Below, one piece after another: positions 38,844 to 48,303 of a stretch of 64,000 nucleotides of DNA. Within the stretch, counting starts at the first letter, position 1, and each line of letters begins with the position of its first letter. The stretch comes from an uncultured delta proteobacterium (GTDB lineage Bacteria > Desulfobacterota > Desulfuromonadia > Desulfuromonadales > JACZKF01). The DNA lies in assembly GCA_963816395.1 (NCBI GenBank), contig CAWFKQ010000009.1, forward strand, positions 128,001 through 192,000, in the 5' to 3' direction. A program made the position numbers and the translations under genes. The notes under the pieces were generated by a model. It saw only the letters and a program-made list of their open reading frames with translations, did no database searches and had not been told where the DNA came from.

Positions 38844-40676
38844 ATGAAGTCATTGAGAACGGAGGAAAAACGATCGCTGGAGGTTGCCGAGGCGGCGCGG
38901 GAGAAGGAGTGGCGGCAGCCGAGCTTTGTCGGCGAGCTGTTCATGGGGCGGCTGCGGCCGGAGCTGATTTTCCCTTATCCCGAACAGGACCCGGCGGACA
39001 AGGCGGCCGGGGATGAGATCCTGGTGCGGCTGCGGCGATTTCTGGCGGAGAAGGTGGATGCCGACCGCATCGACCGGGAGAAGGAATCCCCCCGGAGGTT
39101 TAGACGGCCTGCGGGAGATGGGGCTGTTCGGCATCAAGATCCCGCAGGAATACGGCGGTCTGGGACTGTCGCAGGTCAACTACAACCGGATCATTCAGCT
39201 GGTGGCCAGCCACTGCGCCTCGACGGCGGTCATCCTTTCCGCCCATCAGAGCATCGGCGTGCCGCAGCCGCTGAAGATGTTCGGCAGCGAGGAGCAGAAG
39301 AAAAAGTTTCTGCCACGCCTGGCGGCCGGGGCCACCAGCGCTTTTGCCCTGACCGAGCCGGGGGTCGGCTCCGATCCCTCGCGGATGGTCACCACCGCGG
39401 TGCTCGCGAAGACGGCCAGGAATGGCTGCATCAGCGGCGAGAAGCTGTGGATCAGCAACGGGCCGGTCGCCGAACTGCTGGTGGTGATGGCGAGCACCAA
39501 TGAGCCGGCAGGCGGAGCGGCCGGAGATCTCCGCCTTCATCGTCGAGGGGAACTCGCCGGGGCTGACCGATCTCCACCGCTGCGATTTCATGGGCTTGAA
39601 GGGGATCCAGAATGGTCTGCTGAAGTTCGAGAATGTCCGCGTGCCGGCGGAGAATCTGCTCGGCGAACGGGGCGGCGGCCTGCGCCTGGCCCTGGCGACC
39701 CTCAACACCGGCCGCCTCACCCTGCCGGCGGCCTGCGGCGGGGCGATGAAGCAGGTGCTGGCGATGGCGGTCGACTGGGGGAAGGCGCGGGAGCAGTGGG
39801 GCGCCCCGGTCGGGCATCATGAAGCGGTGGCGGCGAAGATCGCCGCCATGGCCGCCGATCTCTACGCGGTGGAAAGTCTCACCTGGCTGACCTCGGCCAT
39901 GGCCGACCGGGAAAGGATGGATATCCGTCTGGAGGCGGCCATGGCCAAGCTGTTCTGTACCGAGGCCCTCTGGCGCGCCGTCGATGCCGGGGTGCAGGTG
40001 CGCGGCGGCCGCGGCTATGAAACGGCCGACTCCCTGCGCGGTCGCGGCGAGGCGCCGATGCCGATGGAACGCATGCTGCGCGATGCCCGCATCAATCTGA
40101 TCATCGAGGGGACGAGCGAAATCATGCGCCTGTTCATCGCCCGCGAGGCCCTCGACCCGCATCTGCGGGCGGCCGGGGTCACGGCGGTATCGACGCGCCC
40201 GGCATCTGGGGCGGGCGATTCGCTTCTATGCCCCCTGGTACCCCCGCCTGTGGTTCCCCACCGCCTTGCCGAAGGATCTGTCCCTGCCGCGCGCTCTGCG
40301 CGGGCACCTGCGCTCCGTCGAGAAGTCGACCCGCCGCCTGGCCCGCGACCTTTTCCACATGATCGTCCGCTACGGCCCCGGTCTGCAGAAGAAGCAGATG
40401 GTGCTGGCCCGACTGGTCGATGCCGGCGCCGAACTCTTCGCCATGGGCGCGGTGCTTTCCCGGGCCGCCTCCCCCGGGCAACCGGCCGGGGCGGAGAAGC
40501 TGGCCGATCTGTTCTGCCGGCGCGCGCGCCGGCGCCTGACGCTCCTGCACCGGAGCGTCTACCGGAATGACGACCGGGTCACCTATCGTCTCGCCCGCCA
40601 GGTGCTCGATGGAGCGTTCCCCTGGCTGGAAGAAAACATCGTCAGCACCTGGAAAAAGAAAGAGAAGCTGCCGTGA
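38844..40676 (+). CDS. Long acyl-CoA dehydrogenase (VLCAD/ACAD9-like; several frameshifts)
   Basis: [62 protein letters not shown]. Confidence 0.9.
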
Positions 40677-42097
40677 GCGCGCCTTACGACCTGATCATCC
40701 TCGGTTCGGGAACTACCGCCTTCGCCGGCGCCCTCAAGGCGGCGGAGAGGGGCGCAAGGACCCTGATGGTGGAGCAGAGTGAACTCGGCGGTACCTGCGT
40801 CAATTGGGGCTGCATCCCGAGCAAGACCCTGATCGACAAGGCGGCGGCCAATTTTTCCGCTCGCCGCGGGCGGCCGTTCGGCGTGAATCTGACCGCCGGG
40901 CCGCCCGATTGCGGGCGGCTGATGGCGGCCAAGCGGGCTGCCGTGGAAGAACTGCGATGGGCCAGCTATCAGCAGGTGCTGGAAGCGAATCCGCTGATCG
41001 ACGTGCGGCGCGGGCACGGACGTTTTCTCTCCTCCCGGGAGCTGCAGGTCGGCGCCGATATCCTGGTTTCCGACCGTTTCCTCATCGCCTGCGGCGGCAC
41101 CCCGCGCACCCTGCGCATACCCGGACTCGCCGAGGTCGATTACCTGACCAGCTACTCGGCCCTGCATCTCGCCTGTTTCCCCCGCTCCCTGATCATTCTG
41201 GGTGGTGGCGTGATCGCCCTGGAAATGGGGCAGATGTTCTGCCGCTTCGGCACCGAGGTGACGATCGTCGAGCGCGGCGAGCGTATCCTCAAGGACTTCG
41301 ATGGACGGCTGACCGATCTTTTCCAGCAGCAGGCCACAGAGGAAGGGATGGCCTTTCACCTCGGGGTGGAGACGAAGCAGGTCAGCCGGGAAGGGCAGGG
41401 CGTCTGCCTGGTGACCGAAGATGGCGGCAAGGAGCGTCTCTTCCGCGCCGAGCGCCTGATGCTGGCGGTCGGCACCTCCCCGGCCACCGAGGGGATCGGC
41501 CTGGAAGCGGCCGGAGTGGCGGTGGACGAGGCCGGTTTTATCCGCACCGATGAGGAGATGGCTACCACCGCGGCCGGTCTGTTGGCGGCCGGGGACTGCA
41601 CCGGTCCGCCCCTGATCGCCCCGGCAGGGGTGCGCGAGGCGGAGGTGGCGGTGGAAAATCTGCTCGACCCGGCGGCGCACCGGCACATCGATCACCGGCA
41701 TACGCCGATGGCCGTCTTCACCGATCCTGAGTTCGCCATTGTCGGCCAGTCGTCTGCCCAGGCCCGCAAGGAGGGACATGACCCGGTAGAAACCTTTCTG
41801 CCCCTGGAGAAGGTCGCCAAGGCCCATGTCCTGGGGCGTCTGCGCGGCGGCATCGTGCTCACCGCCGACAGGAATTCGGGGCGGCTGCTCGGGGTGGAAA
41901 TCCTGGCGCCACGGGCCGCGGACGTCATCCATGCGGCGGTGCTGGCGGTGCGTTTCGGCCTGACGGTGAATGACCTGGCCGGCACCGTGCATGCCTATCC
42001 GACCATCAGCGACGGCCTGCGCCTGGCCGCCCTGGCCAATATGCACCAGAGAAAAGCAAAACCGGGGGAGATCTCTCCCTGGCACCCATCGGGTTAG
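40673..42097 (+). CDS. MerA-like pyridine nucleotide-disulfide oxidoreductase lacking C-terminal Cys pair
   Basis: GGTCVNWGCIPSK, GGGVIALE, AAGD, FTDPE, HAYPT. Confidence 0.85.
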   Translation: MSAPYDLIILGSGTTAFAGALKAAERGARTLMVEQSELGGTCVNWGCIPSKTLIDKAAANFSARRGRPFGVNLTAGPPDCGRLMAAKRAAVEELRWASYQQVLEANPLIDVRRGHGRFLSSRELQVGADILVSDRFLIACGGTPRTLRIPGLAEVDYLTSYSALHLACFPRSLIILGGGVIALEMGQMFCRFGTEVTIVERGERILKDFDGRLTDLFQQQATEEGMAFHLGVETKQVSREGQGVCLVTEDGGKERLFRAERLMLAVGTSPATEGIGLEAAGVAVDEAGFIRTDEEMATTAAGLLAAGDCTGPPLIAPAGVREAEVAVENLLDPAAHRHIDHRHTPMAVFTDPEFAIVGQSSAQARKEGHDPVETFLPLEKVAKAHVLGRLRGGIVLTADRNSGRLLGVEILAPRAADVIHAAVLAVRFGLTVNDLAGTVHAYPTISDGLRLAALANMHQRKAKPGEISPWHPSG

Positions 42098-42100
42098 CAG

Positions 42101-43385
42101 ATGCCCGGCAGATGGTCGATCCTGGCCTTGCTGTTGTGCCTGACCCTGGCTGGCGGCTGTTCCCGGCGGGAAGCGAAACTGACTTTCGCCGTCGGCGGCA
42201 CCCCGGACGAGCTCCAGGTGTGGGAAGCGATCATTGCCGATTTCCAGCGGCAGAGCGGCTTGCAGGTCGAACTGCAGCGCCAGCCCACCGATTCGGATCA
42301 GCGACGGCAGCTGCTGGTGATTCCGCTGGCAGCCCACCAGCCGGATCCGGATGTTTTCCTCATGGATGTCGTCTGGCTGGCGCAGTTCGCCGCTTCCGGC
42401 TGGCTGTTGCCGCTGGATGAACAGCTGCGCCGGGCGGGGTTGGACGAAGACCTCTTTTTCTCCCGGGTGATGGAGCTGGTGGACCACTACCGGGGGCGCC
42501 TGGTCGCCCTGCCGGTCTATGTGGACGGCGGTCTGCTCTATTATCGTCGGGACCTGCTGGCGCGGTACGGTTTTGCCGGCCCGCCGGCAACCTGGGAAGA
42601 GCTTCTGGCGCAGGCGAAGCGGGTTCAGGCCGGCGAAAGGAGCAAACAGCCGCGGTTCTTCGGTTTCGTCTGGCAGGGGGCCCAGTACGAGGGGCTGATC
42701 TGCAATTTTCTGGAGTTTGCCGCTTCCAACCGCGGCGGGATCATCGGTAAAACCGGCGCCTTAGCTATCGACTCGCCGGCAAACCGCCAGGCGCTGCAGT
42801 TCATGGCCGAACTCATTCACCGCTACCGGGTGTCGCCTCCCAACACCTACAGTTCAATGCGCGAAGAGGAATGCCGCGAATACTTTCCAGGAGGGGCTGG
42901 CCCTGTTCGAGCGCAACTGGCCGTATGCCTGGGCGCTGCAGCAGAGTGCCGGCTCGCCGGTGGCGGGGCAGGTGGGAATCGCGCCGCTTCCGCACTTCCC
43001 CGGCGGTCGATCGACCGCCGCCCTCGGTGGCTGGCAGGTCGGAATCTCCCGCTTTTCCGATGTGCCGGAGGCGGCCTGGCAACTGGTGGGGTATCTTGCC
43101 TCCTCTGCGGTGCAGCGGCGCCTGGCCTTGGAATTGGGGTGGAATCCGGGCCGGCGTGACCTCTACACCGATCCCGAACTGCTGAAAACATATCCGCATT
43201 TTGCCGAGCTGCGGCAGATATTCGAGCAGGCCGTACCGCGGCCAGTCTTGCCCTACTACTCGCAGCTTTCGGCAGTCCTCCAGCGCCATCTCAACGCGGC
43301 TCTGGCCGGTCGTGCCGAACCCGTGGCGGCGCTGCGGGCGGCGCAGCAGGAGGCGCAGACGCTGGCCCGACATTATGGAGAATGA
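42101..43385 (+). CDS. Sugar ABC transporter substrate-binding lipoprotein (trehalose/maltose-like; frameshift near 42890)
   Basis: Lipobox AGGC, DVFLMDVVWLAQFA, QGAQYEGL; alternate frame FERNWPY, LGGW. Confidence 0.88.
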
Positions 43386-44269
43386 GACGCAGCATGCCGC
43401 CGCGGCGTGAAATCACCGAAGCTCTGCTCTTCGTGCTCCCCCTGGTGCTGGTGGTGGCCGGCTTCATCCTGCTGCCGGTAGCCGGTACGGTGGCGAACAG
43501 TTTTTTCCGGGATGTCACCTTCCTGCCGCGGAAATTCATTCTGCTGGCGAATTATGGGCGGTTATTGTCCGACCCCGGGTTCTGGCAGGCGCTGACCTTT
43601 ACCGGTCTGTTCACCCTGGTTTCCGTCCCCCTGGAACTGGTGCTGGGAATGGCCTTCGCCCTGCTGCTGCAGCAACCCCTTCCCGGTCGGGGGCTGCTGC
43701 GGGCAGCGGTGCTCATCCCCTGGGCCATCCCGGCGGCGGTCTCCGGGCGGGCTTTCGAACTGATCTATCACTACAGTTATGGGCTGGCCAACGGCCTGGT
43801 CATGGCCGCCGGCCTGACTGCGGAGCCGATCAACTGGCTCGGCAGCGGCACCGGCGCCTTTTTCGCGGTGGTGCTGGCGGACGCCTGGAAGACCATCCCT
43901 TTCGTTGCTATCCTGCTGCTGGCGGGTCTGGCCGCCCTGCCGCCGGAGATCTACCGCCAGGCCGAGGTCGACGGCGCGCATTTCTTCCAGCGCTTCTATC
44001 TCCTTACCCTGCCCCTCCTGCGCCCCGTCCTGCTGGTGGCACTGCTGTTTCGCACCATCGATGCCTTGCGGATCTTCGACCTGGTCTACGTTCTCACCGG
44101 CGGCGGACCCGGGGGGACCACCCGCTCCCTCTCTTTGTACGGGTACCGCTATTTTCTGGCGGGGGATTTCGGCTACGGCGCGGCCGTCTCGGTCATCCTT
44201 TTCCTGCTGGCCCTGACGCTCTCCCTGGTTTACGTCCGGGTCGGCGGCTTTCGCCGGGAGTTGTCATGA
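43382..44269 (+). CDS. Sugar ABC transporter permease (MalF-like)
   Basis: LIPWAIP, DAWKTIPF, EAA-like loop, TGGGPG. Confidence 0.92.
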   Translation: MRRSMPPRREITEALLFVLPLVLVVAGFILLPVAGTVANSFFRDVTFLPRKFILLANYGRLLSDPGFWQALTFTGLFTLVSVPLELVLGMAFALLLQQPLPGRGLLRAAVLIPWAIPAAVSGRAFELIYHYSYGLANGLVMAAGLTAEPINWLGSGTGAFFAVVLADAWKTIPFVAILLLAGLAALPPEIYRQAEVDGAHFFQRFYLLTLPLLRPVLLVALLFRTIDALRIFDLVYVLTGGGPGGTTRSLSLYGYRYFLAGDFGYGAAVSVILFLLALTLSLVYVRVGGFRRELS

Positions 44270-45093
44270 ACGAGAAATGGGCGAAACGGCTGCTCAGCGA
44301 CTGCGGTGCGATCGTCATGTTTCTCTTCTGCATGCTGCCTTTCGGCTACATGCTCCTGACCGGCCTGGCCAGGCGCCCCTACTTCCCGGGCTTGGGGCGC
44401 CTGGAATTCACCCTGGGCAACTACCGCGACCTGTTCACCGCCGATTCCCTGCATTTCCTGGCCTATCTGCGCAACAGCCTGGTCATCTCGGCGGCAAGCG
44501 CGCTGGCGGCGGTGCTGATCGCCGCCCTGGCCGCTTATGCCGTCACCCGCCTGCCGCTGCCGGGGAAGGCCACCCTGGTGTTGGGGGTGCTGGCCGTTTC
44601 CCTCTTTCCGCAGGTCAGCCTGGTCGGTTACCTGTTCCGGATCATGGTTCGCCTGGGCTGGGTCGACACCTATCCGGGCCTGATTTTCCCTTATATCGCC
44701 TGGATTCTGCCCCTGTCGCTGTGGATCCTGGTCAGCTATTTCGCCCAGATCCCCAGGGATCTCGACCGGGCGGCGGCGATCGACGGCTGCTCGTCGTGGC
44801 AGACCCTGTGGCGGGTCATCCTGCCGGTGGCGGCACCGGGTGTTTTCTCCACCTTCCTGCTGGCCTTTATTTTCGCCTTCAACGAGTTCATGTTCGCCCT
44901 CATGTTGACTACCGATTATCATGCCCGCACCGTGCCGGTGGGGATCGCCTTCTTCCAGGGGCTGCACGGGGAGGTGCCCTGGGGGCGGATCATGGCCGCG
45001 GCGACCTTCACTACCCTGCCGGTCATCCTGCTCACCCTGATCTTTCAGCGGCACATCGTGCAGGGGCTGACCGGGGGGGCGGTGAAAGGATGA
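44266..45093 (+). CDS. Sugar ABC transporter permease (MalG-like)
   Basis: IPRDLDRAAAIDG, NEFMFAL, QRHIVQGLTGGAVKG. Confidence 0.93.
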   Translation: MNEKWAKRLLSDCGAIVMFLFCMLPFGYMLLTGLARRPYFPGLGRLEFTLGNYRDLFTADSLHFLAYLRNSLVISAASALAAVLIAALAAYAVTRLPLPGKATLVLGVLAVSLFPQVSLVGYLFRIMVRLGWVDTYPGLIFPYIAWILPLSLWILVSYFAQIPRDLDRAAAIDGCSSWQTLWRVILPVAAPGVFSTFLLAFIFAFNEFMFALMLTTDYHARTVPVGIAFFQGLHGEVPWGRIMAAATFTTLPVILLTLIFQRHIVQGLTGGAVKG

Positions 45094-46208
45094 GAATCGA
45101 GCTGACCGGAATCGGCAAGACATATACTGCCCTGCGCGGCCGGGTGGAGGCGGTGCGCGGCATCGACCTGACGATAGCCGACGGCGAGCTGTTCGTCCTG
45201 CTCGGCCCGAGCGGCTGCGGCAAATCCACCCTGCTCAATCTGCTCGCCGGCCTGGAACGCCCCAGCCGGGGGGAGATCCGCTTTGATGGGCGGCTGGTGG
45301 CCGCCGCCGGCGGCCGGCAGTTCCTTTCCGCCCGCGAGCGCAATGTGGCCATGGTTTTTCAGAGTTATGCCCTCTATCCGCACCTGAGCGTCTTTGGGAA
45401 TATCGCTTTTCCCCTGCGGGTGGCCGGGGAAAAGGAGGCGGCCATTCGGGAGGCGGTGCAGCGGGCGGCCGCCGCCCTGGAAATCGAGGGTCTGCTGCCG
45501 GTGCGACCGCGGGAGCTGTCAGGCGGACAGCGGCAGCGGGTGGCGATCGCCCGCGCCATCGTCCGCCAGCCGCAGCTGTTCCTGCTCGACGAGCCGCTCT
45601 CCAATCTCGATGCCCGCCTGCGCGCGGCAACCCGCCTTGCGCTCAAGCGGCTGCAGCGGGAACTGGGGATCACCACCGTCTACGTGACGCACGATCAGAC
45701 GGAGGCAATGACCCTCGGCGATCGCATCGCCGTTCTCCGCCAGGGGCGGGTGGAGCAGATCGGCAGTGCCGGGGAGCTGTATGAGCGGCCGGCCAGCCCT
45801 TTCATCGCCGGCTTCATCGGTTCGCCGCCGATGAATCTGCTGCCGGCGGATTGCCGCCGGGAGGGAGCGCAGCTGGTGATGCGTCTGGGAGGGATCTGCC
45901 TGCGCCTGCCGGCCGCTGACCACCGGCCGATGCCGGAGCGGTGTCTCCTCGGCATCCGGCCGGAGCATCTGCGGTTGCAGGGGAGGGAGGATGAGCCTTT
46001 TCTGGCCGGAAGCATCGAGGCCGTGGAGCCGCTCGGCCGGGAGGTCCTGCTGCATGTGCGGGTGGCAGGGCGGGAGCTGACGGTGCTGGGCGAGCCCCCC
46101 GGTCTGCCGACGGGACGGCAGGTAAAACTGTACCCGGAGTTGCCCCGAATCCACCTTTTTCCAGGCCGGGAGGAGGCGGGTGGTTGCGATCGGCCGCCCC
46201 GGAGTTAG
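45090..46208 (+). CDS. Sugar ABC transporter ATPase (MalK-like)
   Basis: GPSGCGKS, VFQSYALYPH, LSGGQRQR, LLDEPLSNLD. Confidence 0.95.
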   Translation: MRIELTGIGKTYTALRGRVEAVRGIDLTIADGELFVLLGPSGCGKSTLLNLLAGLERPSRGEIRFDGRLVAAAGGRQFLSARERNVAMVFQSYALYPHLSVFGNIAFPLRVAGEKEAAIREAVQRAAAALEIEGLLPVRPRELSGGQRQRVAIARAIVRQPQLFLLDEPLSNLDARLRAATRLALKRLQRELGITTVYVTHDQTEAMTLGDRIAVLRQGRVEQIGSAGELYERPASPFIAGFIGSPPMNLLPADCRREGAQLVMRLGGICLRLPAADHRPMPERCLLGIRPEHLRLQGREDEPFLAGSIEAVEPLGREVLLHVRVAGRELTVLGEPPGLPTGRQVKLYPELPRIHLFPGREEAGGCDRPPRS

Positions 46209-46257
46209 GATGAAATGACGAGAAAAGGATCTTACCCCTCAGAAGAAGGAGGAATGC

Positions 46258-47126
46258 ATGATGCGTTGCGGTTTTCTCGGCCTCGGCATCATGGGCAGCG
46301 CCATGGCTGCCAACCTGGTCAAGGCCGGTTTTGAGGTAACCGTCTGGAACCGCACGGCGGAAAAAACCGAGCCTCTGCAGGCAGTCGGCGCCCGGGTGGC
46401 AAGACGCCGCAGGAGGTCACGGCTTCCTGTCCGATCACTTTTGCCATGCTCGCCGATCCCGTGGCGGCCGCGGCGGTCTGTTTCGGCCCGGAAGGAGCGC
46501 TCGCCGGCCTTGACGCCGGGCGGGGATACATCGACATGTCGACAGTGGATGCCGCCACCGCCAGGCGTATTGGCGAGGCGGTGCGTGGGAAGGGCGCCCG
46601 GTTCCTCGAAGCACCGGTTTCCGGCACCCGCAAACCGGCCGAGGACGGGACCCTGATCATTCTTGCCGCCGGCGATCGCGGCCTGTATGAGGAGGCCCTG
46701 CCCGGTTTCGAGAAGATGGGCAAGAAGATCCTTTTCCTGGGGGAAACCGGCAACGGCGCGCGGATGAAGCTGGTCGTCAATCTGGTCATGGGGGGGATGA
46801 TGACCGCCTTCTGCGAGGGGCTGGCGCTGGGGGAGAAGAGCGGTCTGCAGCCGGCGGATATTCTCGAGGTGCTGGAGGCGGGCGCCTTGGCCAATCCCAT
46901 GTTCAGGATCAAAGGAGGGTTGCTGCTGCAGGGGAATTATGCCGCCAGTTTTCCCCTCAAGCACATGCAGAAGGACCTGCGCCTGGCCCTGCTGCAGGGA
47001 GATGAAGTCCGCCAGCCGCTCTTTACCGTTGCTGCCGCCAACGAACTGTTCAAGCGGGCTGGCATGCAGGGGCTGGACGAGGAGGATTTCTCGGCGGTGT
47101 TCAAGACGATCAAAGGGGCTGACTGA
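46258..47126 (+). CDS. beta-hydroxyacid dehydrogenase (glyoxylate/succinic semialdehyde reductase-like; frameshift near 46400)
   Basis: GFLGLGIMG, VWNRT, EAPVSG, MKLVVN, FPLKHMQKDL. Confidence 0.9.
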
Positions 47127-47133
47127 GCTTCCG

Positions 47134-47272
47134 GTAAAAAAAAGGGCCACACCTGCAGGTCCTGAAAACGTGCGACGAGCGCCCCTCCCCGACTCTCGCT
47201 GGGCTCTCACGGGCAAGAGATCTCTCTTCCGGAAAGCCGCCGTTCGCAAAACTTGTGGTGTGCCCTTTGTAC
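47134..47272. ncRNA. Candidate structured non-coding RNA
   Basis: Ends pair (aaagggc..acacc / ggtgt..gcccttt) with inner helix tgcga/tcgca; U8 tract on minus strand; no credible ORF. Confidence 0.3.
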
Positions 47273-47433
47273 CCGTGATCTTAACCTGCGGCGGCGGGAT
47301 TAAGCTATCGGGAGATCCCTGATTTTGTCGGGGTAAAAACCTGAAAATGGGTGCCGACGATCATCAGGATACCGGAGGAGTCGGCCTGCCGAAATGAGCA
47401 AAAATGCATGCCCAACGCACCTGATCCTTGTGC

Positions 47434-48108
47434 TCAAAAGGAGAGACTGGTCAGCCCTTCCCGGACCGCATACTTGATCAACTCCGCCAGATTGCTCAGG
47501 TTCAGCTTGCGCAGGATCTGCGCCCGGTGGGTTTCCACCGTTTTAGCGCTCAGATTCAGCTCGCCGGCGATCTGCCTGGTCGATTTCCCCTCGGCGAGCA
47601 GCTGCAGAACCTCCCGTTCCCGGATACTGAGAGTGCCCGAAGCGGAATCCTTCTCGCCATTGCGAAGGTAATCCTCAAGGACCAGGCTGGTGATCTTCGG
47701 GCTCAGGTATCTATTTTCCTGAATAACTGCCTGAATCGCCGTAATCAGTTCCTCGAAGGCACAATCCTTGAGGACGTATCCCCGGGCGCCCGCCTTCAGA
47801 ATCTGCTGGACGATATGCCGCTCCGAATGCATGGAGAGGGCGATGATCTTGATCCGCGGATTTTCCGAAAGGATTTTCCGGGTGGCATCGATGCCGTTCA
47901 GTCCCGGCATGGAAATGTCCATGACGACCACGTCAGGGGAAAGCTCGCGCGCCATTTTGACCGCGGCCCGGCCGTTATTGGCCACGGCCAGCATCTGCAT
48001 ATTCCGCTGCAGATCAAACAGGTGGCGAATGCATTCGTGGAAGATCTCATGATCATCGACGAAAATGATCCCGATATTTTTGTCCTTTTCCGCATCAGCG
48101 CTGTTCAT
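47434..48108 (-). CDS. NarL/FixJ-family response regulator
   Basis: VDDH, MDISMP, ALSM, YVLK; LuxR-type HTH REREVLQLLAEG..SAKTVETHR. Confidence 0.94.
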   Translation of the reverse strand: MNSADAEKDKNIGIIFVDDHEIFHECIRHLFDLQRNMQMLAVANNGRAAVKMARELSPDVVVMDISMPGLNGIDATRKILSENPRIKIIALSMHSERHIVQQILKAGARGYVLKDCAFEELITAIQAVIQENRYLSPKITSLVLEDYLRNGEKDSASGTLSIREREVLQLLAEGKSTRQIAGELNLSAKTVETHRAQILRKLNLSNLAELIKYAVREGLTSLSF

Positions 48109-48303
48109 GTCCGGCCCATGGAAGAAACCTATCTAATTTCAGAAGCAGTAAGGATGCCACCGAGAGTAAACGGGAACCACTACGGCCATCTGATCGCCTG
48201 GATTTTTGTCCCTCGATAAATTTCCAGGAATCTTGATTTATTGAAATTCCCCCTCTGGTTCGCTAATATGCCCTGTCAGACCGGTGTGAGGCAAGGATTC
48301 TCT

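Noticed and set aside
40673..42097. Mercury resistance (merA)
   Set aside because: No C-terminal Cys pair and no merR/T/P genes.
47160..47300. Resemblance to 6S RNA (aaaacgtgcgacg, cctgcggcggc)
   Set aside because: Spacing does not fit the 6S rod and the usual zapA/ygfA context is absent; kept only as an unassigned ncRNA candidate.
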